Assembly: GCF_050999895.1 (NCBI RefSeq)
Contig: NZ_JBPCOU010000052.1
Location: 20,021 to 84,020, forward strand
Direction of reading: 5' to 3'
Length of the DNA: 64,000 nt
Origin: Methyloceanibacter sp.
GTDB taxonomy: Bacteria; Pseudomonadota; Alphaproteobacteria; Rhizobiales; Methyloligellaceae
Shown: piece by piece, positions 9,538-19,600 of the stretch
Position numbering within the stretch: position 1 is the stretch's first letter
Layout of the letters: each line of letters opens with the position of its first letter
Made by a program: the position numbers and the translations under genes
Notes under the pieces: generated by a model
What the model was told of the DNA's origin: nothing
Seen by the model: only the letters and a program-made list of their open reading frames with translations
Database searches by the model: none

Positions 9538-10767
9538 TTGAGACCTCCGCCGACAGTTGTACCCGCACGACTTGCGTCCCTGAGCTGGCGGCTTGGCTTC
9601 CTCTACGCCGCTCTATTTTTGGTCGTGGGCTGTTATCTGCCCTATCTGCCGGTCTGGCTGCGCTGGCGCCAACTCGACGCCGACGCCATCGCGCTCCTCC
9701 TGGCAACGCCGCTCTTCGTGCGCATCATCTTCACGCCTCTGATCAGCATCGCGGCGGACCATGTCGGCGATCGCCGCACGATCCTCATCGGCCTCGCCTA
9801 CGGTTCCCTGATCTCGTTCCTGCTGCTCTGGGCGAGTTCCAGCTTCTGGGCGATGTTCGCTGCGATGGTGCTGCTGGCCATCAACTGGACCACCATCATG
9901 CCGCTGATCGAGACCGTGGCGGTGATCGGCATGCGCAAGGGGGGACTCGACTACGGCAAGGTCAGGCTCTGGGGTTCGGTAAGCTTTATCGTGGCGAGCC
10001 TCGCCACGGGCTTGGTGATCGATCGTGTCGGAGCAGTATCGGTGCTGCCGCTCTTGCTCGTCGCGGTGACATTCCTGGTGGTCGGCACCCATCTCGTGCC
10101 GAAGACTCTGACCGCCGGCGCGGCGGTCCCGCAGACCAAGCGCCGCCTGCGGCTCGCCGACGCCGTTGACCTCGCCCGCTCACCCACTTTCATGCTGTTC
10201 GTTTTCGCCGCGAGCCTGATCGCCGCCAGCCACGCCGTCTACTACGCCTTCGGGACCATCCATTGGCGCGCGCAAGGCTTTTCCGCCGGTGCGATCGGGG
10301 TGCTCTGGTCGATCGGGGTGGTCGCCGAGATCGTGCTGTTTGTATATTCGGGACGGATCATTGCGACGACCGGAGCCGCCAAGCTTCTCATGTTTGCAGG
10401 TCTCGGCGCGGTGCTGCGCTGGGCGTTCATGGGATTGGATCTGCCCCTCATCGCAACGGCGCTCGTCCAAGTCCTGCATGCCCTGAGCTTTGGCGCGGCC
10501 CATATCGCCGCGATCCACTTTCTGGCGCATGCTGTGCCGGAAGATCGCGCCGCCACCGCGCAAGGGTTCTATGCCGCGATCGTCGCGGGACTCGTCCTTG
10601 GCGTTCTCACCATCGCCTCGGGACCGCTCTACCGCAACCTTGCCGGCGGGGCGTACGAAGTGATGGTTGCGCTCGCGCTCCTCGGCACAGCCGGCGCTTT
10701 TCTGCTTATGCGGCGGTGGCGGGGCGGGCTCATCGCCAAGGAAGTAGCGGCGAATCGCCCCGTTTAG
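9538..10767 (+). CDS. MFS transporter (HcaT/LacY-like, 12 TM)
   Basis: 409 aa, highly hydrophobic, 12 predicted helices; TTG start uncertain. Confidence 0.75.
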   Translation: MRPPPTVVPARLASLSWRLGFLYAALFLVVGCYLPYLPVWLRWRQLDADAIALLLATPLFVRIIFTPLISIAADHVGDRRTILIGLAYGSLISFLLLWASSSFWAMFAAMVLLAINWTTIMPLIETVAVIGMRKGGLDYGKVRLWGSVSFIVASLATGLVIDRVGAVSVLPLLLVAVTFLVVGTHLVPKTLTAGAAVPQTKRRLRLADAVDLARSPTFMLFVFAASLIAASHAVYYAFGTIHWRAQGFSAGAIGVLWSIGVVAEIVLFVYSGRIIATTGAAKLLMFAGLGAVLRWAFMGLDLPLIATALVQVLHALSFGAAHIAAIHFLAHAVPEDRAATAQGFYAAIVAGLVLGVLTIASGPLYRNLAGGAYEVMVALALLGTAGAFLLMRRWRGGLIAKEVAANRPV

Positions 10768-10918
10768 CATCGTGCCCGACGGGCGATCTTTCGCCTGAGG
10801 ACAAAAGGCCGGTTTTTGGGTCTTGATCCTTGTCAAGGACCGCTCTGGCCAAAGGCCTACGGTCCTCGCAACTTGAACGACGTCCCAGCTTTTGGCGCCC
10901 AACCCTTATGAGGATGCA

Positions 10919-11591
10919 ATGAGAATGTTCATCCGTCTGATGGTCATGAGCGGCGTAGCGATTGCCAGCGCCGCATATCCAGCGATGGCCCAGCAAGAAT
11001 AACCACCGGCCCCCATGGTCACGGCGAGCACCATGGCGCAACGGATCAGCCGGCCGGCCGACCGGCGACCGGCGGTGGCATGATGGACCAGGGAACGATG
11101 GGCGAGGGCATGATGGGCGAGGGCGCCCCAGGCAAGGGCGGCATTATGGGCCAAGGCATGATGGGCAAAGGTAAGGCCGGCATGATGATGGGCGGCTGCC
11201 CGATGGAAGACATGATGGGCTCCGGCAGGCGAGGCAAGGGCCACCAAATGGGGCAAGGCATGGCCATGCAATCGGTGCCGATGATGGAAGGCCGGCTTGC
11301 TTACCTCAAGGCTGACCTTGAGCTCACCGATGCTCAGGCGTCGGCCTGGGATGGTTATGCGAATGCCGTCAGGGCAGGCCGCGCGACCATGGAGGGCGTG
11401 CATAGGACATGATCTAGGCCAAGAAGAGCGTCGCATTGGAGCGCATGGACGCTCGTATCAAGGCAATGGAGAGCAAGGTTGAGAGCCTGAAGGCCTTGAA
11501 GCCCGCGACGGAAGCCCTCTACGCCGTGCTCACTGACGCGCAGAAGGAAAAGGCAGACCAAGTCCTCGGTGGCGCCTGCCCATTGATGTGA
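10919..11591 (+). pseudogene. Spy/CpxP (LTXXQ) family periplasmic protein with Met/His/Gly-rich region, disrupted
   Basis: Signal peptide MRMFIRLMVMSGVAIASAAYPAMAQQE in frame 2 ends at TAA 11000-11002. HGHGEHHG...GMMGEG...LELTDAQASAW runs in frame 1 to TGA 11410-11412. The second LTXXQ half (AKKSVALERMDARIKAME...AVLTDAQKEKADQVLGGACPLM) is in frame 3 to 11591. Confidence 0.55.
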
Positions 11592-11607
11592 GCCGCGGTC
11601 CGAAAGC

Positions 11608-11946
11608 ATGAGCTATCATTTCTCCAAGACGATCGATCTTCCCTTCGACCAGGCGGTCGCGCGGGTCGCTGAGGCCTTGAAACGCGAAGGCTTCGGGGCT
11701 CTCACCGACATCGATGTGAGTGCCACGCTGAAATCCAAACCGCTCGCCCATCTCGCGCTCGAACTCGAGGAAAAGATCGGCACCATGCTGCCTTGCAACG
11801 TCATCGTGCAGGAGCATGGCGCTGGCAACGTGGAGGTTTCTGCCGTCGATCCTGCCGCATCGATGCAGTCCATCTCCAATCCGGCTCTGGCCGAAGTGGC
11901 GGAGGAGGTGCGCGGGCGTTTGCAGAAGATGGTCGATGGCCTCTAG
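11608..11946 (+). CDS. DUF302 domain protein (apparently shortened)
   Basis: MSYHFSKTIDLPFDQAV...GFGALTDIDV...KIGTMLPCNVIVQE...VSAVDP; 112 aa versus about 128 aa as I recall for the family. Confidence 0.75.
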   Translation: MSYHFSKTIDLPFDQAVARVAEALKREGFGALTDIDVSATLKSKPLAHLALELEEKIGTMLPCNVIVQEHGAGNVEVSAVDPAASMQSISNPALAEVAEEVRGRLQKMVDGL

Positions 11947-11955
11947 TCCGCCAAC

Positions 11956-13035
11956 CTAGCCCCAGAGTTCCGGCGGCGGTGGCGAGACCGCGCTGCCGTC
12001 ATAAGTGAGTCCCGGCTCACGGTCGCGCGCGAGCAGAAGCGGCCCGTCGAGATCGACCCAGTCAGCCCTCTGGGCGAGAAGCAGGGCAGGGGCCATGGCG
12101 AGCGAGGTCGCCACCATACAGCCCACCATCACCTTGAGACCGAGCGCCCGCGCCTCCGCCGCGGTTGCCAAGCCCTCCGTGAGGCCACCGGTCTTGTCGA
12201 GCTTGATGTTCACGGCGTCGTAGCGGCCGACAAGTAATGCAAGCGAGGCGCGATCATGCACTGACTCGTCCGCGCAGACCGGGACGGGGCGAGGGATCAC
12301 GGCCAGGATCTCATCATTGCTGGCAGGGAGGGGTTGTTCGACCAACTCGACCCCCGCCTCCGCGGCGGCGCGCATGAGGTCTTCCGCCTGCTCCGGCGGC
12401 CACGCCTCGTTCGCATCGACGATCAGCCGCGCGTGCGGCACAGCCTCCCGTATTGCGGCCAGCCGCTCGCGATCGCCGTCGCCGCCGAGCTTCAGTTTCA
12501 ACAGTCTATAGGCGCTTGCGGCTCGCGCCCGCGCGGCCATCGTCTGGGGATCCGCGAGCGAGATTGTGTAGGCCGTCAGGAGAGGCCGCATGGCTGGCAG
12601 ACCCGCCAGGAAAGCGACACTCCGCCCTGAAAACTTCGCCTCCAGATCCCAAAGGGCGCAGTCCAGAGCATTGCGCGCGGCGCCCGGAGGCAGGAGACTT
12701 TGCAGTGCGGCGCGGTCGAGCCCTGCGGCAATTTTGGCTGAACACGCTCCGATCGCTGCGGCGACGCCCTCCACGCTCTCCCCGTAACGGACGTAGGGCA
12801 CACATTCGCCACGGCCGACATGGTGACGTTCGCTAATTGAGGCGACCACAACGACGGCGTCGCGCTTTGTGCCTCGGGAGATGGTGAAACTCCCGGCGAT
12901 CGGCCAGCTTTCCACCCCGACCGTGAGGGCGCGCTTGGAACAGTCGATCACGGGCTCTCCCCAAGCGTCGCCATTTGCCTTTCTTTCTCCTGCATTTTCG
13001 TTCAAAAACAGAGCGTTGCTACCAAGCCTGCGCAT
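11956..13035 (-). CDS. dipeptide epimerase / enolase-superfamily racemase (L-Ala-D/L-Glu epimerase-like)
   Basis: KLKLGG, IVDANEAW, CADES, NIKLDKTGG metal-ligand and catalytic Lys motifs of the MLE subgroup; start uncertain. Confidence 0.75.
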   Translation of the reverse strand: MRRLGSNALFLNENAGERKANGDAWGEPVIDCSKRALTVGVESWPIAGSFTISRGTKRDAVVVVASISERHHVGRGECVPYVRYGESVEGVAAAIGACSAKIAAGLDRAALQSLLPPGAARNALDCALWDLEAKFSGRSVAFLAGLPAMRPLLTAYTISLADPQTMAARARAASAYRLLKLKLGGDGDRERLAAIREAVPHARLIVDANEAWPPEQAEDLMRAAAEAGVELVEQPLPASNDEILAVIPRPVPVCADESVHDRASLALLVGRYDAVNIKLDKTGGLTEGLATAAEARALGLKVMVGCMVATSLAMAPALLLAQRADWVDLDGPLLLARDREPGLTYDGSAVSPPPPELWG

Positions 13036-13068
13036 GCGCCCATAACCCCGGCAAAACTAAGCCCTTCC

Positions 13069-14247
13069 ATGCTAAAGCGCGACCATCAGCTTGTTCTGCC
13101 GACCCAGGCGCGCGCGCCTGGCTTTCGTGTTGAGCTCAGGGGCACGACCTTTCGCCTCATCGCGACGGGGGCCTGGACCGTGGCCGAGGCGGCGGCCCTC
13201 GACGTCGCGCTGAAGCGCCTGCGCGTTCCGATCCCGCCGACGCCGGACTTCACGGGCGAGATGGATATCGCCGGCATCGCCGAAATCGACACCTCTGGTG
13301 CATGGCTGTTGCAGCGCACCGCTGCGGCCTGGGAAGCAAGCGGCCTGCGCACCCGTTACGCCGGCGCCACGGAAGCCTTCCGCATTCTCATCGAAGAAGT
13401 CCAGAAGCGCGGCAGTACCGAACGGCCGGAGATCGTCAAGCGCGGACCAGTCCTGCAGATCGTGGAAGACACCGCCAAGGCGCTGACCAGCGCCGGGCGC
13501 GATGCCGTGCAACTGACGAGCTTTCTCGGCGAGGTGACGGCGGGCGTCTTGCGCTTGTTTCGCCAGCCCTGGCGTTTTCGCACCACGTCCTTCGTGCATC
13601 ACCTCGATCATGCCGGCTTGCGCGCGGTGCCCATCATCGCGTTGATCTGCCTTTTGATCGGCGCGGTCGTGATGCAGCAGGGCGTCGTACAGTTGAAGCC
13701 GTTCGGCGCCGAGCCGTTCGCCGTCAACATGGTCGCCATCCTCGCGCTGCGGGAAGTTGGCATCCTGCTCACGGCCATCATGGTCGCGGGCCGCTCGGGC
13801 TCCGCCTTCACCGCCGAGATCGGCTCCATGAAGATGCGCGAAGAGATCGACGCCATGCGCACGCTCGGCATCGATCCTATGGATACGCTCGTACTGCCAC
13901 GCGTGCTCGCGCTGGTCGTGGCGCTGCCGCTTTTGACCTTTATCGGTGACGTGATGGGATTGCTCGGCGGCGGCATCATGGCCTTCGGCGTGCTCGGCCT
14001 CGACATGAGCACCTATATCGACAAGCTGCATGAGGCGGTGGACTTTCAGCATTTCATGGCTGGCATGATCAAGGCGCCGTTCGCGGCCGTGATCATCGCG
14101 CTCGTTGGCTGCATGGAGGGCATGAAGGTCGAAGGCAGCGCTGAATCGCTCGGCACCCACGTGACAAGCGCCGTGGTCAAATCGATCTTCCTGGTGATAG
14201 TTTTGGACGCGGTTTTTGCGATGTTTCTTTCGGGGATCGGCGTGTGA
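13069..14247 (+). CDS. MlaE-family ABC permease with N-terminal STAS-like domain
   Basis: 392 aa; C-terminal MlaE-like membrane domain (REIDAMRTLGIDP motif); first gene of a 4-gene Mla/MCE cluster. Confidence 0.85.
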   Translation: MLKRDHQLVLPTQARAPGFRVELRGTTFRLIATGAWTVAEAAALDVALKRLRVPIPPTPDFTGEMDIAGIAEIDTSGAWLLQRTAAAWEASGLRTRYAGATEAFRILIEEVQKRGSTERPEIVKRGPVLQIVEDTAKALTSAGRDAVQLTSFLGEVTAGVLRLFRQPWRFRTTSFVHHLDHAGLRAVPIIALICLLIGAVVMQQGVVQLKPFGAEPFAVNMVAILALREVGILLTAIMVAGRSGSAFTAEIGSMKMREEIDAMRTLGIDPMDTLVLPRVLALVVALPLLTFIGDVMGLLGGGIMAFGVLGLDMSTYIDKLHEAVDFQHFMAGMIKAPFAAVIIALVGCMEGMKVEGSAESLGTHVTSAVVKSIFLVIVLDAVFAMFLSGIGV

Positions 14248-15062
14248 CCTTCGAGAACGGGCGAGAGGTGGTGATCAGGGTGCGCGGGCTCGCCAAGAGC
14301 TTCGGCAGCCATCAGATTTGGGACGGGCTCGCCCTCGACGTCTATCGCGGCGAGATCCTCGCCATTGTCGGCGGCTCAGGGCAGGGCAAGTCCGTGCTGA
14401 TGCGCGTCATCACGGGCCTGATCAAACCTGACGTGGGAGATGTCGAGCTCTTCGGCCACGACACAAAGACCCTATCCGCCAAGGACCGCCTCGATATCGA
14501 GACGCGCTGGGGCATTCTCTTTCAAGACGGCGCGCTGTTTTCCTCGCTCACCGTGCTGCAAAACATCCAGGTTCCGATGCGCGAGCATCTCGATCTGCCG
14601 CAAGCGATGATGGACGATCTCGCTTTTCTGAAGCTTGCCATGGTTGGCCTTCCGCCGGTCGCCGCGCACAAATATCCGTCCGAGCTGTCCGGCGGCATGC
14701 GCAAGCGCGCCGGCCTCGCGCGCGCGCTGGCCCTCGACCCGGAGATCGTCTTTCTCGACGAGCCGACCGCCGGCCTGGACCCGATCGGCGCCTCGGACTT
14801 CGACCAGCTCATCAGGAAGTTGCAGCAAACACTCGGACTCACCGTCTACATGGTCACCCACGACCTCGACACGATTTTTACCGTGTGCGACCGCGTTGCC
14901 GTGCTTGCCGACAAGAGGATCGTGCGTACGGGGTCGCCGTCGGAATTGCAGTATCATCCCAATCACCCCTGGATTCAGGAATATTTCTGCGGGGCGCGGG
15001 CGCGGGCGGCGATGCCGAGCGCCGCGCGGGCGCAAGCAGCCATGCGGCCGTTACTGGTTTAA
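14244..15062 (+). CDS. MlaF-like ABC transporter ATP-binding protein
   Basis: Walker A GGSGQGKS, signature LSGGMRKR, Walker B IVFLDEPT; 4-nt overlap with the permease. Confidence 0.9.
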   Translation: MTFENGREVVIRVRGLAKSFGSHQIWDGLALDVYRGEILAIVGGSGQGKSVLMRVITGLIKPDVGDVELFGHDTKTLSAKDRLDIETRWGILFQDGALFSSLTVLQNIQVPMREHLDLPQAMMDDLAFLKLAMVGLPPVAAHKYPSELSGGMRKRAGLARALALDPEIVFLDEPTAGLDPIGASDFDQLIRKLQQTLGLTVYMVTHDLDTIFTVCDRVAVLADKRIVRTGSPSELQYHPNHPWIQEYFCGARARAAMPSAARAQAAMRPLLV

Positions 15063-15074
15063 GGAACCGACCCG

Positions 15075-15911
15075 ATGGAAACCAAAGCCAACTACCTGAT
15101 GATCGGCGGCTTCGTGCTGGGCGTTCTCACGCTCGCCTTCATGTTTGTATTTTGGATGAGCAATTTCGCCGGCGGCGGCAAACGCTATTTCATCACCTTC
15201 GAGGGCTCGGTGGCCGGCCTCACGACGGGGTCTAGCGTCGGCTTCAACGGGATCAAGGTGGGCGAGGTGCAATCGCTGGCGCTCGATCTAGAAGATGCCC
15301 GCAAGGTGCAGGTGCTGATCGGGGTCGACGACGCGACGCCGGTGCGGGAGAATTCCCGCGCGAACATCCAGTCGATGGGCCTGACCGGCGGCAGCGGTGT
15401 CCAGATCAGCGCGGGAAGCCCCGAATCGCCTTTCTTGGTTGCCACCGACGACAATCCGATTCCCGTGATCAAGGCCGACCGTGCGCTCGGGCAGGGCCTG
15501 TTCGATGCAGCTCCCGCAGTCATGAATAATGCCAACACCCTGCTGTCCAAGCTGAATGATGTTGTCGACGAGAATCAGAGCTCTATCCACACCACGGTGA
15601 CCAATGTCGAAGCGTTCACGACGATGATGAATGAGCGCAAGGAAGACATCTCCGCCGCCATCCAAGACTTGCGGGGCGCAGCCAAGTCCTTCAAGGAGTT
15701 ATCCGACAAGCTTCAAGTCTCGCTTGGAGACAATGTTGACGGCTTGACGCGGTCCGCCAAGGAAAGCCTCCAGGAATTTGGAAATGCCATGCGCGAAGGG
15801 CGGCGGACGGCGGCAACCGCCAACCGCATCCTCGAGAAATTCGAGGAGAATCCAAAGGGATTTTTGCTTGGTGGTAGCCAGGTCCCGGAATACACTCCGC
15901 GTGGACAATAG
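15075..15911 (+). CDS. MCE/MlaD-family substrate-binding protein
   Basis: N-terminal TM anchor then MCE domain (GLTTGSSVGFNGIKVGEV). Confidence 0.85.
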   Translation: METKANYLMIGGFVLGVLTLAFMFVFWMSNFAGGGKRYFITFEGSVAGLTTGSSVGFNGIKVGEVQSLALDLEDARKVQVLIGVDDATPVRENSRANIQSMGLTGGSGVQISAGSPESPFLVATDDNPIPVIKADRALGQGLFDAAPAVMNNANTLLSKLNDVVDENQSSIHTTVTNVEAFTTMMNERKEDISAAIQDLRGAAKSFKELSDKLQVSLGDNVDGLTRSAKESLQEFGNAMREGRRTAATANRILEKFEENPKGFLLGGSQVPEYTPRGQ

Positions 15912-15964
15912 CGACCCCGTGGGGCCATAGGGGCGCACGTTCGTTTAATAGGGGGCGACCAGAC

Positions 15965-16552
15965 ATGGCTCGGAACGCGCCAGCTCTGGCTGCAGGCTTG
16001 ATTTGCCTGGGGCTCGTGGGTTGCGCCCTTGCAGGCGGCTCGCGCGCTCCAACCACCTACGATCTCATTGCACCGCGCTCCTTCGCAGCCTTGCCCCGGG
16101 CCGCCAAGTGGCAGCTCGTTGTCGCCGAGCCGACGGCCGTGCACGCTCTGGAAACCGAACGCATCATGGTTCGGCCGAGTTCGGACAAAGTCTCCTATTA
16201 CAAGGGCGTCGCCTGGAGCGATCGTCTCCCCCGCCTCGTGCAGGCGCGGATGATCGAAAGCTTCCAGAACTCCGGCGCGGTCAAGGCGGTAAGCTCGACC
16301 TACGGCGAATATAGCCTCGCCACCGAGTTGCGCAGTTTCCAGATCGATGTTTCCAGCGGCAGGACTTACGCCGAGATCGACATCTTCGCCAAGCTGGTCA
16401 GCATGACCTCAAGCCGCGTGGTCGCCTCAAAGGGCTTCAGCGCCCGCGTGGCGGCCAAGACGGACGCGCCCGGGGACGCAGTGGCGGCCTTGAATCAGGC
16501 CTTCACCGAGGTCGTGCAAGACGTGAACGGCTGGGTCTCCGCACGCCGCTAG
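15965..16552 (+). CDS. ABC-type transport auxiliary lipoprotein (PqiC/DUF330-like)
   Basis: Lipobox LGLVGC; position after the MCE gene. Confidence 0.7.
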   Translation: MARNAPALAAGLICLGLVGCALAGGSRAPTTYDLIAPRSFAALPRAAKWQLVVAEPTAVHALETERIMVRPSSDKVSYYKGVAWSDRLPRLVQARMIESFQNSGAVKAVSSTYGEYSLATELRSFQIDVSSGRTYAEIDIFAKLVSMTSSRVVASKGFSARVAAKTDAPGDAVAALNQAFTEVVQDVNGWVSARR

Positions 16553-16611
16553 GCGCCGGGCTCCATTTCTCACGCGATCATGACGGCCGGACGATCCTGG
16601 CCTCTGCATGC

Positions 16612-16639
16612 GAAAATGCCCGGCGCAAAGGCCGGGCAT
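16612..16639 (-). terminator. intrinsic terminator of the large repeat-protein gene
   Basis: ATGCCCGGC (16616-16624) / GCCGGGCAT (16631-16639) hairpin followed on the minus strand by TTTT (16612-16615). Confidence 0.5.
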
Positions 16640-16662
16640 GCCGCGTCGCGTGGATAGAGAGG

Positions 16663-19600
16663 TCAGCGCAGCCGTCCGCTCGCATGCGCCAGGAGCAGAT
16701 AAACGCGCCCGGTCTCCGAGGTCAGGTAGTTCTGTAACATCCCGCCCTCCGGGTCGGTCTGCTCGGCCTCGGCGAGCAGCCGCTCGAAGTCGCCGATATA
16801 GCGGTCGACCGTGCCGCGGAACTCTCCGTCGCGCTGGTAGCGGCCGTTGATCTCGTCGAATGTCACCTGGCCGTCGAGGCTATAGATATGGCGGCCGAGC
16901 ACCCCACGCTCGCCGGTCCGGAAGCGCTGCCAGACCTCGGCGGCGGTACGATGATCGATGGCCCGCGCCAGCTCGTCGAGGCGCAAGCTCTGGGCATGAC
17001 CGTTGGCTGCCGGCGGTGGCACCTCGCGCGAGCTGAAAACGGGGTTGCCGTAGGACGCTTCTTCAGTGGGCTCCGAAGCGCGGGCGAGGAGGTCACCCAC
17101 GGACCATTGGCTGCTGCGACGCGGCTCGGAGCGCGCGCCTCGCGGCTGCGACGCGCCGGAGAGCTGCTGCGCGAGGTTGCTTGCCACTTGGCCGATATCG
17201 GTTTGCTCGTGCATGGAAGAGGCGACCTGGCGGCCCTTCAGATCGAAGCGCGGCATTGGCGGCAAGTCGAACTGACCGGATGGCCTCTCGAACTGACCGC
17301 CCGGACGGGTAAACTGGCCCGACGGCTGGCTCACCGGCCGGAACTCCTCGCGCGGCGGCAAGGGCTGACTGCGCGGCGCGGGCTGCCGGTAAGGATCGGC
17401 GCCGTTAACCTGCGATGCGGCCTTCGTAAGCACCGGTGTAAGTGCCTCGATCTCTTTCAGCTGGTCGGTGAGCGCCTTGCGGATGGCGGCGGTTGCTTGT
17501 GCGGTCTGCTGCGGCAGCGACTCCATCCGCTTCTGCATTTCCTGGCGAAGCGTATCCAGATCGCTCGCCGTCTGCCGCGCCGCCTCGCGCATGCCGCGCG
17601 ACGTATTGTCGAATTGGCCGCGCATCTGCTCGAGCTGGCGCCCGATTTGGGTAATGACCGTCTCGAAGCTGCCTTTGAGATCCGCGACCGCGCGTCCGGT
17701 ATGGGCCTGCGCTTCCTCGCGCAGCCGTTCGATCTGGGCAAGCGCCTGTTGCGCTTGACCGGCGGTGTCGCGCGCCAGAGTCGACGTCACCTGCTTCGCT
17801 CTCGTCTCGGCGTGCGTGAGAGAATTTTCCACGATGCCGGCATAGGAGCGCATCGTGTTGTCGAGGTCCTGGGCTTTGGTGTTCACGACATGCAGCAGCG
17901 AGAGGATCGACTGATGCCGGCTTTCCAAGATCGAGTCGATCTTGCTGTTGGACGAATCCAACGCCTTGGCGGCGGTGAGGATGGCCTGACCCTGGTTTTC
18001 GAAGCGTTGGGTGAGGCCGTGGATCTGCTCCAGCAGGCCGCGCGACACTTGGCGCAAGGATTGGGTCTGATTGGTCAGGATGGAGACGGCTTCTTTCGAC
18101 TGCGTGCCGACCTGGTCCGCGGTCTGCCTCATCATCTCCGAATTGGTGCTGAGCACCTGATTGAGCTGGGACGTCTGCTTCGCGAACGTCGATTCCGTTG
18201 CCTGCGTGTGATGGGTGAGGGCGCGATCGACTTCCGCGGTGCGCTGACCGAACGTCACATCGATGAGCTTCAGCCTCTCGGTGAGGGCGGTCGTGACGGT
18301 CTCTGTCCGCTCCGCCAGAGATTTGTCAACGGACGCAACTTGGTCCGTAATCGTCGTCTCAAGCGACTTAATGCGCTGGGCCAGCGAGTTCGCGAAGCTC
18401 TCGCCCCGCTCGGCGAGCGTCTTATCAAGCGCAATCGCGCCTTGGTTCACAGCCGAGGTGAATTGGGTCGTGCGGTCTTTTAGTGATTTGTCGAGCGCAT
18501 CGGCGCGCTCCTCGATATTTGTGGCAAAAGCCTCCGTGCGTTCGGCCAGCGCCTTATCGAGCGTGCCGGCGCGCTGATCGATGCTCTCGGCAAGTGCGTC
18601 GGCTCGGTCGGAAAGAACCTTGTCCAACGCCGATCCGTGCTGGTCGATGGCCGCGGCAAAGCCGTCTGCGCCAAGTTTCAGAGTTTGGTTTAGCACCGCG
18701 GCGCCTTCGCCGATCGAGCTGATTAGAGCGGTCGTGCGATCCGCGAGGGCCTTATCGAGATTGGTGGTGCTCTCGTCCACCGACTGCGTGAAGGCGACGG
18801 TGCGCTCGGAGAGAGCCTTATCGAGGGCGAACGCGTTCTGCCCGACCGCCGCAGTAAAGGCCTCGGTCCGGTCCTTCAAGGTCTTGTCGAGAGCAAAGGC
18901 ATTTTCGCCGACGGCTGCGGTGAATGCGTCCGTGCGGTCCTTCAGGGTCTTGTCGAGGATGATCGCACCCTGGCCGACCGAATTCTCCAGCGCCGCGATG
19001 CGCGATATCAGCGTCGTGTTCAGCGCATCGGTTCGCTCTTTCATGGTGTTGTCGAGGGCGGTGGTCTTCTCCGCCACGGCGCTGTCGAGGGCGGTCAGGT
19101 TCTTGGCCGCACCCTCGATGACGAGGGCGAGACGTGTCTGCTCTTTCCCAAGGCGCTCAAGAAGCATCGGCACGTGCTCGGCGACCTTGCCTTGCGCCTT
19201 ATGCACTTGCTCGGCCGCTTCGTTGCTGCGTGCGACGAGAAGCTCGGTGAGCTGAAGACCGCGCTCGGCAAGCTTCTTGTCGATGCCGCCGCTCGCATTG
19301 GTGATATCGCGCGCGATCTGCGCGCCGACCCCTTTGAGGGCCTCGCTGACGCGCTCACTGTTATTCGCAAGTGCTTCGCGTTCTGTCGCAAGCTCGCTGA
19401 TTAAGCCCCTGACGCGCAGCTCGTTTTCACTGTAGGAGCGCTCAAGCGCCGCGACCTCGTTATGCACCAGCGCCTCGAGCTCGCTTGCGCGACCGATGGC
19501 CCGGGAAATGGCGTCATTCATCGCGGCGACCTGGCGCCGGATGGTCTGGCCCAAGGAGGCGACGGATTGCTCTGCGAGCTTGTCCGGCTCGGCCAGGCGC

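Noticed and set aside
10906-11436. 176-aa His/Ala-rich minus-strand ORF
   Set aside because: It is the mirror image of the ATG/GGC (Met/Gly) repeats of the plus-strand Spy-like gene (CAT=His, GCC=Ala). It has no SD and no family resemblance.
16888-18483. Long antisense shadow ORFs (this one of 531 aa; also 7147..8259, 13072..14160, 42417..43796, 55047..56438, 59958..61364, 33654..34817, 35494..36453)
   Set aside because: Each lies opposite a gene with clear family motifs. All have Arg/Ala/Gly/Asp-rich, low-complexity translations and no recognisable domains. This is the expected stop-codon depletion of high-GC DNA.
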